From Candidatus Limnocylindria bacterium (GTDB lineage: Bacteria > Chloroflexota > Limnocylindria > P2-11E), in assembly GCA_036570125.1 (NCBI GenBank), contig DATCPK010000155.1, positions 2,075 to 66,074 on the forward strand: DNA of 64,000 bases, read 5' to 3'. Position numbers and translations under genes: made by a program. The notes below the pieces were generated by a model. It made no database searches. It worked only from the letters and a program-made list of their open reading frames with translations, and was not told the origin of the DNA. This document shows positions 16,807-29,423 of this stretch, in pieces. The stretch's first letter is position 1; every line of letters begins with the position of its first letter.

Positions 16807-17330
16807 CTAAGTTCTTCCGTGTTCTCTCGCGCGTTCCTCGTCCTCGACCGCAGCCTTGACTCGCGCGAACGCGCCGTCGGTGCCCGCGTAGCGCTGCTCG
16901 AGCTCGCGGCGGCGGCCTTCCGGCATCCGCAAGAACGTCGCCTCAGCCTCGGCCAACACCACACCGTCCCCAGCCCGCGCCACCGTACCGTGCGTTTCGA
17001 TCAGGCGCCCGCGGTCGCGAGCGATCTCGCCGACGACACGCAGGTCCTCGCCGATCGGAACCGGCTGCCGGAAGGTAACGTTGATCTTCGCGGTCACACC
17101 CCAGATGCCCTGGTGGAAGATCGCCCAACCCATGGCCTCGTCGAGGAGCGCCGTCACGACCCCACCGTGAAGCAGGCCGTCGTAGCCCTGATGACGCTGG
17201 AGCGCGGTATAGCGCGCCTCGGCGCGATCGCGCGCGACCTCGAACTCTAGGTGCAGCCCGCCGGGATTCAGCTGGCCGCACGCAAAGCACCAGTGCTGGA
17301 AATCGACCCCGAGCTCCGAAAGCTTTGCCA

Positions 17331-17331
<1 letters not shown>
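16807..17331 (-). CDS. PaaI-type hotdog-fold thioesterase
   Basis: CFACGQLNPGGLHLEF ... HGGVVTALLDEAMGWA ... matches the PaaI/YbgC-like pattern. The GTG start at 17331 shares one nucleotide with the gyrB stop (TAGTG). The longer ORF to 17373 is less likely. Confidence 0.8.
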
Positions 17332-20373
<3,042 letters not shown>

Positions 20374-20374
<1 letters not shown>

Positions 20375-21165
20375 CAGGCGATCGCTCCGCCGAGGGCGAT
20401 TGGCGCTCGCGACTTCAGACGAGCCGAGAGCTCGCGCGCCAGATCGTCATACGCCTGCGCCGCGGCGGATCGGCGGTCGTAGACGGAGATCGGAAGTCCG
20501 TGGCTAGGTGCCTCTGCCAGGCGAACCGCACGGGGGATTCGCGCGTCCGCGACGAGGCTGGGGAAATGCCGTCGAACCTCTTCGGTGACTTGGAGGGAGA
20601 GCCGGTTTCGGCGGTCCTCCATCGTCAGGACGATCGCGAGGACCTCGAGCTGCTCGTTCAACCTCATGCGTACCGCGTCGATGGTCGAGAGTAGCTGTGC
20701 AAGGCCCTCGAGCGCGTAGTACTCGCACTGGACCGGGATGACGACAGCGTCGCCTGCCGTAAGCGCGTTGATGGTGAGCAGCCCAAGCGACGGTGGGCAG
20801 TCCACAAGGATGGTGTCGTAGCTCTGGGTGGATCTCAACGCGTGCCTGAGCCGGTACTCCCGCGCTAGGAGCGGAACCAACTCAACCTCGGCACCGGCCA
20901 TGTCCGGGCCGGATGGAATGATGTCGAGGCCTGGGACGCACGTCGGAACGATCGAATCGTTGATTGGCAACTCCTTCAGGATGAGACCGTAGATAGGATT
21001 CGGCGGCGCCTTGCTTATCCCGAGGCCACTGGTGGCATTGGCCTGCGGGTCGAGATCGACGATCAGAACTCGTTCTCCGTGTTCGACGAGGGCAGCTCCG
21101 ACGCTAATAGCCGTCGTTGTCTTACCCACGCCACCCTTCTGATTGCTGACGACGAGAATCGTCAA
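20374..21165 (-). CDS. parA: Chromosome partitioning ATPase ParA/Soj
   Basis: Deviant Walker A VSNQKGGVGKTTTA and DLDPQANAT. Its stop overlaps the parB start (TGATG). Confidence 0.9.
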
Positions 21166-21176
21166 CGCGGCCGTCT

Positions 21177-21192
21177 TGTCACACGTGAAACA
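21177..21192. promoter_or_regulatory. parS-like centromere site TGTCACACGTGAAACA
   Basis: One mismatch to the widely conserved parS consensus TGTTNCACGTGAAACA. It lies 12 nt upstream of the parA start codon. Confidence 0.6.
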
Positions 21193-21313
21193 CGGGCCGA
21201 AAACGGGGTAAAACTGGGGGCAGTGGGGGAGTGTTTCGTGCCCATCATTCTAGCCGAGAAGAGGCCTCTCGACTACCTCGGGATCGGACCGCGCGACCTC
21301 CCGGAGCGCCTGT

Positions 21314-21347
21314 GGTCGCTACCATTTTAGATAGCGAGGTAGCGACC
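21314..21347 (+). promoter_or_regulatory. Perfect 10-bp inverted repeat GGTCGCTACC-N14-GGTAGCGACC in the parA / AI-2E divergent region
   Basis: Seen directly. It lies 50 nt upstream of the AI-2E permease start, and no gene ends here, so an operator or 5'-UTR hairpin is more likely than a terminator. Confidence 0.3.
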
Positions 21348-21396
21348 GATCGGACCCCATAAAGGCGAGCGGCGGCCTGATAATCCCAAACGCAGC

Positions 21397-22530
21397 ATGG
21401 GAGCCCGTTGGAGCAGCACGACCAAGCGCGTCGTGATCGCCCTTTTTGCGGTCGCCGCGCTCTACATCGTGTATCGCGCGGGAGACATCGTCCGGCCATT
21501 CGTGTGGGCTGGAGTGTTGGCTTTTGTGCTGCTTCCAGTGGTCGGACTTCTCGAGCGGCGCCTCTCGCTCCCTCGGACGGTGGCCGCGGCGATCGTGTTC
21601 CTCGGTCTGCTCGCAGCCATAATTGGTGGCGCCCGGATTCTCGTTCCACTCGCGCTCGATCAACTCCGAGACCTGCAGCGCACTCTGCCGACCCTGGTCG
21701 CCAACGCGCAGAACACCCTCACTGAGACGGCCGACCAGGTCGGACTTGAGGATCTCGATGCATTGATCGTGAACTTCGCCGGCGTCGGCGACCTCACGCA
21801 GATGGTCGCTCGCGGGGCGGTGCCATTCATCGTCGGCATCGGTCACTTCCTACTGGAGCTCTTGGTCTTCCTCATCGCGACGTTCTTTCTTCTGCGGGAC
21901 GCGCCACGCCTGTTCCAGTGGTTCCGGCGGATCCTCCCGGCGAGCCAGCGCAACGAGCTCATCCCGCTGTTCGCACAGGTCAACACCCTGCTCGGCCGCT
22001 ACGTGCGCGGGCAGATGTTTCTTATCGGCGTGATGTCGGTAGCCACGTTCATCGGTCTTTCGATCCTGCAGGTCCCGTTCGTTCTGCTTCTCGCGATCAT
22101 GACCGGCGTCCTCGAGGTGATCCCGATCGTGGGGCCGATCACCGCGGGCGCGATCGCATGCCTCGTCGCGCTCGGGCATCCCGCGCCGTGGGGCCTCTCA
22201 CAGATCGGGTACGTGGCCATCGTTGCTGTGATGTACACGGTCCTGCGCCACGCAGAGGACTATTTCGTGATCCCGCTCGTGATCGGTCGGATCGTGAAGC
22301 TGCACCCGGCGGTCGTGATCTTCGCGCTGCTGACCGGGGGCGCGCTGTATGGCCTATTGGGCGTTCTCGTCGCGGTGCCGGTGGCGGCGACGCTTCGCCT
22401 CGTCTTGATCTATCTCGGCGCGAAACTCCGGGACGAAGATCCGTTCCCGCAGCTCGAGCAGGAGCTCGAGGTCCCGCATCCGGCGGCCCCGGCGGCGACT
22501 CGCGCTGTTGGTCGGCGCGCGCACTCCTGA
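21397..22530 (+). CDS. AI-2E (PerM/UPF0118) family transporter
   Basis: 377 aa with about 8 TMs. Pattern ...LLRDAPRLFQWF ... YVRGQMFLIGVMS ... LEVIPIVGPITAGAIA ... typical of the AI-2E family. Confidence 0.85.
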   Translation: MGARWSSTTKRVVIALFAVAALYIVYRAGDIVRPFVWAGVLAFVLLPVVGLLERRLSLPRTVAAAIVFLGLLAAIIGGARILVPLALDQLRDLQRTLPTLVANAQNTLTETADQVGLEDLDALIVNFAGVGDLTQMVARGAVPFIVGIGHFLLELLVFLIATFFLLRDAPRLFQWFRRILPASQRNELIPLFAQVNTLLGRYVRGQMFLIGVMSVATFIGLSILQVPFVLLLAIMTGVLEVIPIVGPITAGAIACLVALGHPAPWGLSQIGYVAIVAVMYTVLRHAEDYFVIPLVIGRIVKLHPAVVIFALLTGGALYGLLGVLVAVPVAATLRLVLIYLGAKLRDEDPFPQLEQELEVPHPAAPAATRAVGRRAHS

Positions 22531-22587
22531 GCGGACGAGCCGAACGAAGGTATGTCCACCGCAGTCTGGTCCCGGGAGGGGGGAACG

Positions 22588-23097
22588 ATGCGCTTTCTGC
22601 TCGGCATCTTGATCCCGTTGACCGCGGCGCTGCTTCAGGGGACCGTGGCCCCACTGATTGCCGTGGGGGGCGCGCGTCCGTCGCTACCGATACTGGTCGC
22701 GGCCTCCTGGTCGATCGCCGCAGGGGCGCGCGAGGGAGTCTGGTGGGCGTTCCTCGGCGGGATCGCGTCGGATCTCATCTCGGCGGGACCCCTCGGGGCC
22801 TTCGCGCTCGCCTCTCTCCCGCCCGTCGCTGCCGTTGGCCTTCGTGACGCCGGTCCCGGCCGTCCGACGCCGATCCTCGCCGGGGCCGTTCTCGTCGGAC
22901 TCGCGGCGCTCGCGGCCGGCCTCATCTACATCGGCATCCTCGCGATCACCGGAGAGGCGGTCTCGTCGCTGCCGCTCGCTGCGGGGACGACGGTGGCCAG
23001 CGCCGTCTACACCGGCCTCCTGGCTCTCGCAATCTATCCCGTTGCGCGACTTTTGCGCCGCGCCACCGAGAAGCAGGGAGCGTTAGGGATCTGGTGA
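22588..23097 (+). CDS. mreD: Probable rod shape-determining protein MreD
   Basis: About 169 aa and polytopic (5 TMs), immediately upstream of and overlapping mrdA-rodA. ATG 22588 is preceded by a GGGAGGGGG SD. The assignment rests mainly on context and topology. Confidence 0.6.
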   Translation: MRFLLGILIPLTAALLQGTVAPLIAVGGARPSLPILVAASWSIAAGAREGVWWAFLGGIASDLISAGPLGAFALASLPPVAAVGLRDAGPGRPTPILAGAVLVGLAALAAGLIYIGILAITGEAVSSLPLAAGTTVASAVYTGLLALAIYPVARLLRRATEKQGALGIW

Positions 23098-24971
23098 GAC
23101 AAGACGATCGCGCCTTCGTCCCGATCCGGCGCTTTATCGCGTTCGGGGTCTCGATCATCGTCGTCTTCTCGGCTCTGACGGTGCGCCTTTACGACCTGGA
23201 GATCGTGCGGGGGGACTACTACCACCAGCTCTCCGAACAGAACCGGATCGTGCGGCTGCCCGTGCCCGCCGAGCGGGGCGGCATCGTTGACCGGACGGGG
23301 TATGTGTTGGCCCGCAACATCCCCGGCTTCGCTGTCAGCGTTATCCCGGTTGACCTGCCCCGTATCCGCGAAGAGGAAATCTCGCAGCGGCTCGGCTCGC
23401 TCCTCGATGTCTCAAGCGAGTCCGTCGGCGACGCCATCCGCGCCCAGCGGATCCGCAATCCGTACGAGCCCGTTCGCATCTCGAAGACGCCGGTGCCGCG
23501 CGAGATCGCGCTCGCCGTCACCGAGCGCGCCGAGCTCTTTCCGGGCGTGCGCGTCGACCCCGAGAGCATCCGCTTCTACACGGACGGCACCCTCTACGCG
23601 CCGGTGATCGGGTACACGGGCCCGATCACCGAACAGGAGCTCGCAACGCTATCGGCTAGCGGCTACCTCGCCGACGACGATCTCGGTCGGACGGGCATCG
23701 AGGACGTCTACGAGCAGTACCTGCGCGGCACCTATGGGTGGCGCGAGATCGAGCGCGATGCCGCGCAGCGCGAGATCAAGACGCTCGCGCTGCAGCGACC
23801 GACCGTCGGCAACACGGTCGCGCTCACGATCGACGACCGTCTCCAAAAGCTTCTCGACGCCGAGCTTCGCAAGGGGGTCGAGGAAGATAAGTTCACGCAG
23901 GCCGTCGGCGTCGCGATGAACCCGCAGAACGGCGAGATCCTCGCGATGGTCTCCATCCCTGGATACGACAACAACATGTTCGCTCGCGGGATCACGACGG
24001 CGGAGCTGAACGCACTCAATGCGGACGATCGCCATCCGCTGGTGAACAAGGCCATCGGCGATCGTTATCCGGCCGGCTCGACCTTCAAGATGGTGACCGG
24101 TCTCTCGGCGCTTTCCGAGGGCACCGCGACTCGAAGCACTGTTGTGAACGTGACCGCGAGGTCGTTCACGGTCAGCGGGACGCCATTCTTCGACTGGACG
24201 GTGCACGGGAGCCTCGACTTCGTGACTGGCTTCGCGCACTCGAGCGACATCTATTTCTACACGCTCGCCGGCGGGAGCCCGATGGCGCCGAACGTCAAAG
24301 GCGTCGGGCCGGACGCGATCGCAAAGTACGCGCGCATGCTCGGCTTCGGTGCGCCGACCGGTATCGACCTCCCGAACGAGAACGGCGGAATCATGCCGGA
24401 CCCGGCGTGGAAGCTCGCCACCTTCGACGAACCGTGGACCATCGGTAACACGTACCAAGAGGCCATCGGACAGGGCTTCGTCGCCGTGACACCGCTGCAG
24501 CTCTTGAACGCTTACGCGGCAGTCGCCAACGGCGGCACCCTCCAGACTCCGCATCTGCTCAAGTCGGTCACCGATGCGGCGGGAAAGGCCATTCCGGTCG
24601 CGCCGCCACAGCCAATCCGGCAGCTCGACATTTCGGCAGACAACCTCCGGCTGCTCCGCGAAGCGGCGCGGAAGGTGGTCACCAGCGGTCATGCCTACAT
24701 GCCGAATGCCAAGCTGCCGATCGCCGGCAAGACCGGCACGGCGGAGTTCGGTGACTCGGCAGGCAAGGACAGCGCGGGTCGCAACAAGCTCGGGTTCCAC
24801 AACTGGTTCGTGTCGTTCGTCCCGCAGGCCGACAACACCGATCCGACGGCGCAGATCGCAATGGTGATCTTCACCTACGACTCTTCGAAATCGCTCTGCG
24901 AGCTCTGCCTGAACCCGGCGGTCGGTATGACGCAGCGGATCCTCGAGCAATACCTCGGGGCGAACAAATGA
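23094..24971 (+). CDS. mrdA: Penicillin-binding protein 2 (elongasome transpeptidase)
   Basis: N-terminal TM, PBP dimerisation domain and a transpeptidase with SxxK (AGSTFKMV), SxD/N (HSSDIYFY) and KTG (GKTGTAEF). Confidence 0.88.
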   Translation: MRQDDRAFVPIRRFIAFGVSIIVVFSALTVRLYDLEIVRGDYYHQLSEQNRIVRLPVPAERGGIVDRTGYVLARNIPGFAVSVIPVDLPRIREEEISQRLGSLLDVSSESVGDAIRAQRIRNPYEPVRISKTPVPREIALAVTERAELFPGVRVDPESIRFYTDGTLYAPVIGYTGPITEQELATLSASGYLADDDLGRTGIEDVYEQYLRGTYGWREIERDAAQREIKTLALQRPTVGNTVALTIDDRLQKLLDAELRKGVEEDKFTQAVGVAMNPQNGEILAMVSIPGYDNNMFARGITTAELNALNADDRHPLVNKAIGDRYPAGSTFKMVTGLSALSEGTATRSTVVNVTARSFTVSGTPFFDWTVHGSLDFVTGFAHSSDIYFYTLAGGSPMAPNVKGVGPDAIAKYARMLGFGAPTGIDLPNENGGIMPDPAWKLATFDEPWTIGNTYQEAIGQGFVAVTPLQLLNAYAAVANGGTLQTPHLLKSVTDAAGKAIPVAPPQPIRQLDISADNLRLLREAARKVVTSGHAYMPNAKLPIAGKTGTAEFGDSAGKDSAGRNKLGFHNWFVSFVPQADNTDPTAQIAMVIFTYDSSKSLCELCLNPAVGMTQRILEQYLGANK

Positions 24972-26128
24972 GCGTCCGAGCTATGAACATGGCGCGGCCG
25001 GCGACGCCGCTGCACGACCGTCCGGCGCCGCGACACTGGACGCAGATCGATCCGATGCTGCTGATCGTGACCCTGCTGCTCATCGGGTACGGGCTCGTCA
25101 TGACCTACTCGACGACCGCCGAGACCCGGACGTTCACGGGTGATCCCATGCAGTTCGTCGTTCGCGGCGCGATCTGGGCCGCGATCGGTATGGCGGCGAT
25201 GGCCGCGATCGCGCTCTTCGACTACGCCTGGCTCGGGGCGTTCGCACCCCTTCTCTATGTCTTCACGCTTGGCCTCCTGTCAGTGGTGCTCGCGATCGGG
25301 ACCTCGAGCCTCGGCGCGCAGCGATCGGTCAACATCGCCGGCCTCTCGTTCCAGTTCAGCGAGGTCGCGAAGGTCCTGATGATCGTCGTTCTCGCGAAGT
25401 TCTTCGCCGACCGGCGCGCCTCGATCGGCTCTCCCGTGACGATGCTGCTCGGGCTCGGGTTGCTGGCGCCCGCGGTACTGCTCGTCTACCGGCAGCCCGA
25501 CCTGGGGACGAGCCTCGTCTTCATTGCGATCTTCTTCGGCATCGCGTTCCTGGCCGGCGCGCGGATCTGGCAGCTCGTCGCGCTGGTCGCTATCGCGGCG
25601 GCGTCGTTCCCGGTGGTCTGGTCTCTCCTCAAGGACTACCAGCGCGCGCGCCTCTCGGCGTTCCTCGACCCGTACTCCGATCCGCAGGGAGCCGGCTGGA
25701 ACATCATCCAATCGCTCATCGCGGTCGGATCGGGAGGCGCGACGGGGAAGGGCCTCACCGCCGGCACGCAATCGCCGCTCGGCTACCTACCGATCGCGGA
25801 GTCCGATTTCGTGTTCTCCGGTCTCGCCGAGGACCTGGGCTTCGCAGGTGCCGTGATCCTGTTCGCCCTGTACATCGTGCTGCTGATCGCCGCATTGCGT
25901 GTGGCGCTCCGTGCGAAGGACCCGTTTGGGATGCTTATCGGCGCGGGGATCGCGACGATGCTCCTGTTCCAGATCATGGTGAACGTCGGCATGGCGATCT
26001 CGCTGATGCCGGTGACCGGTATCCCGCTTCCGTTCATCTCGCACGGCGGCAGCTCGCTCGTTTCGATCTGCTTCGCCCTCGGTGTCCTGCAATCGATCTC
26101 CATGCGGCGCGAGCGCGAGGGCCCTTAG
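24968..26128 (+). CDS. rodA: SEDS-family peptidoglycan polymerase RodA
   Basis: 10-TM FtsW/RodA/SpoVE pattern: LPIAESDFVFSGLAEDLGF ... GIPLPFISHGGSSL. 4-nt overlap with mrdA. Confidence 0.88.
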   Translation: MSVRAMNMARPATPLHDRPAPRHWTQIDPMLLIVTLLLIGYGLVMTYSTTAETRTFTGDPMQFVVRGAIWAAIGMAAMAAIALFDYAWLGAFAPLLYVFTLGLLSVVLAIGTSSLGAQRSVNIAGLSFQFSEVAKVLMIVVLAKFFADRRASIGSPVTMLLGLGLLAPAVLLVYRQPDLGTSLVFIAIFFGIAFLAGARIWQLVALVAIAAASFPVVWSLLKDYQRARLSAFLDPYSDPQGAGWNIIQSLIAVGSGGATGKGLTAGTQSPLGYLPIAESDFVFSGLAEDLGFAGAVILFALYIVLLIAALRVALRAKDPFGMLIGAGIATMLLFQIMVNVGMAISLMPVTGIPLPFISHGGSSLVSICFALGVLQSISMRREREGP

Positions 26129-26321
26129 TCCGTATACTTTTCGCGAACGGCCACGAACGGGAGCAGTACGCGCATCCCCTCGACGAAAGAGAGCCGGCGG
26201 CAGGTGCAAGCCGGCGTCGCGGGAGCGCGGAACTCGCCCGGGAGCCGCGGGAGCGAACCGTCTAGACGCTAACTCCCGCCGGGGTCACGCCCGTTATCAA
26301 CGTGCTCGAGCGGAGAGCATC

Positions 26322-26396
26322 GGGGCTGTGGCGCAGTGGGAGCGCATCACACTGGCAGTGTGGGGGTCGCGGGTTCGAATCCCGCCAGCTCCACCA
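26322..26396 (+). tRNA. tRNA-Ala (anticodon GGC), CCA encoded
   Basis: Cloverleaf: GGGGCTG / GCGC-AGTGGGA-GCGC / TCACA-CTGGCAG-TGTGG / T-arm GCGGGTTCGAATCCCGC / CAGCTCC-A-CCA. The G3:U70 alanine identity pair is present. Confidence 0.92.
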
Positions 26397-26399
26397 GCA

Positions 26400-26580
26400 A
26401 GCGAGGCCGAGACAGGAAGTCGGAACTTCCTGGTGAGGACGAGCGCTGCTGGTATGCCGCGAAGCGGCAATACAAGCTTTTGATGACTCTCAATTGGGGT
26501 GGTACCACGGAGGTCTTTCGTCCCCTAAGCGCGTAAGCGCAGGACTGAAGGCCTTTTTGTTTGCCTGAAAGGAGGTCGAT
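26400..26580 (+). promoter_or_regulatory. T-box riboswitch leader of leuS (compact form)
   Basis: Conserved T-box sequence AATTGGGGTGGTACCACGG at 26492..26510, with UGGU able to pair with an uncharged tRNA ACCA end. Antiterminator-like GGGG ... CCCC (26496..26525). Upstream hairpins CAGGAAGT-CGGA-ACTTCCTG (26413..26432) and GCCGC-GAA-GCGGC. CCTTT (26552..26556) can pair with the AAAGG of the SD (26568..26572). The specifier codon is not confidently assigned. Confidence 0.65.
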
Positions 26581-29019
26581 ATGACGAGCGAATTCGGAAA
26601 GAAGATCGATCGCTACACGCCCGCCGCCATCGAAGAGAAATGGCGCGACCGCTGGACCTCGTCCGGCCTCCACAACACCCCGGACACCTCCGACAAGCCG
26701 AACTTCTACTTCCTGACGATGTTCCCGTACCCGTCGGGCGAGATTCACGTGGGTCATTGGTACGCGTTCGCCCCGCCGGATGCCGCCGCCCGTTTCCTGC
26801 GCATGCGCGGGTACAACGTGCTCTTCCCGATGGGCTTCGACGCTTTCGGCATCAATGCCGAGAACGCGGCGATCGACCGCGGAATCCATCCGGCCGTATG
26901 GACCGAAAAGAACATGGCGCACATGCGCGACCAGTTCAATCGCATGGGTGCGGCGATCGATTGGCGCCGCGAGGTCGTGACCTGCTACCCCGAGTACTAC
27001 CGCTGGAACCAGTGGATGTTCCTGAAGCTGTTCGAGAAGGGTCTCGCGTATCGCGCCGACGCGCCGGTCAACTGGTGCCCGCGCGACGAGACCGTCCTTG
27101 CGAACGAGCAGGTCATCAACGGACGGTGCGAGCGGTGCGACACGGTCGTCGTGAAGCGGCAGTTGACGCAGTGGTTCTACCGGATCACGCAGTACGCCGA
27201 CGAGCTCCTGAAATTCGAAGGGCTCGACTGGCCGGAACGCGTGCGCGTGCTGCAGACGAACTGGATCGGTCGCTCGGAGGGCGCCGAGCTCGCGTTCCCG
27301 GTCGATGGGCACGCTGGTGACGAGATCCGCTTCTTCACCACGCGGCCCGACACGATCCATGGCGCGACCTTCATGGTGCTTGCGCCGGAGCACCCGCTGG
27401 TCGCCAAGATCACAGCACCGGCCAAGCGCGCCGAGGTGGAGCGATACGTCGAGACCGCGCGCAACATGGCCGAGATCGAGCGCACCTCCGCGGAGCGCGA
27501 GAAAACCGGAGTCGACACGGGGGCGTTCGCGCGGAACGTCTTCACCGGCGAGCGCATACCGATCTGGGTCGCGGACTATGTCCTCGCGACGTACGGGACC
27601 GGCGCGATCATGGCCGTCCCCGGCCACGACGAGCGCGACTTCGCGTTCGCGAAGAAATACGGCCTCGAGATCCGCGAGGTCATCTCGCCGGACGGCGCCG
27701 AGCACGAGCACCTTGACGCGCCGTACACGGGCGAGGGGATCATGGTCCGAAGCGGACCGTTCACCGGCATGCGCAGCGAGCAGGGAAAAAAAGCCGTCGC
27801 GGATGAAGCGAAGAAGCGCGGGATCGGCGGCCCCTCGGTCATCTATCGACTGCGCGACTGGCTCGTCTCGCGTCAGCGCTACTGGGGCACACCGATCCCG
27901 ATCGTGCACTGCGAGCGATGCGGCGCCGTCCCGGTGCCGTACGAGCAGCTCCCGGTCGTGCTCCCGCGTGACGTTGAGTTCACGGGACGGGGTGGCTCGC
28001 CGCTGAGCCACGTCGCGTCGTTCGTGAATACCACCTGTCCGAAATGTGGAGGGCCCGCACGCCGCGATACCGACACGTTGGACACGTTCGTCGACTCCTC
28101 CTGGTACATGTACCGCTACGTCGACCCGAAGTACGACGCCGGCTTCATGAACAAGGAGCTCGGAAAGAAATGGTTGCCCGTGCAGCAGTACACCGGCGGC
28201 GTCGAGCACGCGATCCTGCACCTTCTGTACATGCGCTTCATGACGAAGGCGCTGCGCGATCTCGGCGAGATCTGGTTCGACGAGCCCGCGCTGCGCTTCC
28301 GTTACCAGGGCACGATCGTCTTCAAGGGCCGCAAGATGTCCAAGTCGCGCGGGAACGTGGAGACTCCCGACGCGTACGTCGAGAAGTACGGCGCCGACAC
28401 GCTGCGCCTCTTCATGATGTTCATGGGGCCGTGGGTCGACGGAGCGGACTGGGACCCATCCGGCATCGAGGGCGTGCATCGCTTCCTGCGACGCGTCTGG
28501 GAGATGGCTCAGGCCGAGGCGCCGACCTCCGGCCCGCGTGACGCCGACGTCGATCGAGCCGTTCATCGCACGATCGCGAAGGTCACCGCGGACCTGCAGA
28601 CGGAATCGTTCAACACTGCGGTGGCGGCGATGATGGAGCTCTCGAATGCCCTCCAGCACGCGACCGGCCCCAGCCGGGACGAAGGCGTGGCGACGTTGCT
28701 GCTCCTCCTCGCGCCGTTCGCGCCGTACATGACCGAGGAGCTCTGGGAACGCCGTGGCGGCCGTGATTCCGTGCACAGGCAGAGCTGGCCAGCGTTCGAC
28801 CCGGCCATCGCGGCCGCGAAGGAGGTCACACTGGTCGTCCAGATCGATGGGAAAGTCCGAGAACGGATCACCGCGCCAGCCGGCATCTCTACTTCGGCCG
28901 CCGAGGAGCTGGCACTCGCCAGTTCAAAGGTGAAGGCTGCACTCGAAGGCCGCTCCATCGAACGGAAGATCGTCGTGCCGGACCGTCTGGTGAACATCGT
29001 CACGAAGCAGCGCTCATGA
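26581..29019 (+). CDS. leuS: Leucyl-tRNA synthetase
   Basis: 812 aa with HIGH-type motif (EIHVGHWY), KMSKS (GRKMSKSRGN) and a CP1 editing domain. Confidence 0.96.
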   Translation: MTSEFGKKIDRYTPAAIEEKWRDRWTSSGLHNTPDTSDKPNFYFLTMFPYPSGEIHVGHWYAFAPPDAAARFLRMRGYNVLFPMGFDAFGINAENAAIDRGIHPAVWTEKNMAHMRDQFNRMGAAIDWRREVVTCYPEYYRWNQWMFLKLFEKGLAYRADAPVNWCPRDETVLANEQVINGRCERCDTVVVKRQLTQWFYRITQYADELLKFEGLDWPERVRVLQTNWIGRSEGAELAFPVDGHAGDEIRFFTTRPDTIHGATFMVLAPEHPLVAKITAPAKRAEVERYVETARNMAEIERTSAEREKTGVDTGAFARNVFTGERIPIWVADYVLATYGTGAIMAVPGHDERDFAFAKKYGLEIREVISPDGAEHEHLDAPYTGEGIMVRSGPFTGMRSEQGKKAVADEAKKRGIGGPSVIYRLRDWLVSRQRYWGTPIPIVHCERCGAVPVPYEQLPVVLPRDVEFTGRGGSPLSHVASFVNTTCPKCGGPARRDTDTLDTFVDSSWYMYRYVDPKYDAGFMNKELGKKWLPVQQYTGGVEHAILHLLYMRFMTKALRDLGEIWFDEPALRFRYQGTIVFKGRKMSKSRGNVETPDAYVEKYGADTLRLFMMFMGPWVDGADWDPSGIEGVHRFLRRVWEMAQAEAPTSGPRDADVDRAVHRTIAKVTADLQTESFNTAVAAMMELSNALQHATGPSRDEGVATLLLLLAPFAPYMTEELWERRGGRDSVHRQSWPAFDPAIAAAKEVTLVVQIDGKVRERITAPAGISTSAAEELALASSKVKAALEGRSIERKIVVPDRLVNIVTKQRS

Positions 29020-29423
29020 CGGCAGAGATCCGCCTCGCGGCCCTCTGCGACCACGCGCTCGTCGGTCAGGACGGCAAGGTCAGCCTGATGGGGATCTTCC
29101 GCAACATTTCCGTGAGTGGGCTTCCGGCCCAGCATCCACGGATGTTCGTCGTGGCGATCCTCGGGCTCGAGGTCGGCGCGCACACCGTGAAGGTCCGGCT
29201 TCTGCGGCCGGACGGGCAGCAGGCCATGCCCAACCCGCCCGAGATATCCGTCCACGCTGTCGCCGGCCAGGACGTCAACGTGATCGTCGAGCTCAACAAC
29301 ATGAGCTTCACCAGCTACGGGACGCACAAGTTCGACCTGGAGGTCGATGGCGCCTCCATCGGGGGTTTGCCGGTCGCGATCGTCCAGATGCAACAGCAGC
29401 AACAGGGCCGCCGCACGAATTGA
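29016..29423 (+). CDS. Hypothetical 135-aa protein, translationally coupled to leuS
   Basis: ATGA overlap with the leuS stop. Predicted all-beta soluble protein (ALCDHALVGQDGKVSLMGIFRNI ... FVVAILGLEVGAHTVKVRL ...) with a Gln-rich tail (QMQQQQQGRR). Confidence 0.55.
   Translation: MTAEIRLAALCDHALVGQDGKVSLMGIFRNISVSGLPAQHPRMFVVAILGLEVGAHTVKVRLLRPDGQQAMPNPPEISVHAVAGQDVNVIVELNNMSFTSYGTHKFDLEVDGASIGGLPVAIVQMQQQQQGRRTN

Noticed and set aside
21166-21396. Possible oriC next to parA
   Set aside because: I found no TTATCCACA-type DnaA boxes or AT-rich unwinding element. Only a parS-like site and an inverted repeat are present.
26347-28776. 809-aa minus-strand ORF antisense to leuS (it also runs across the tRNA-Ala gene)
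   Set aside because: This is an antisense shadow ORF of a highly conserved gene. The Arg/Asp/His/Val-rich composition has no motifs.
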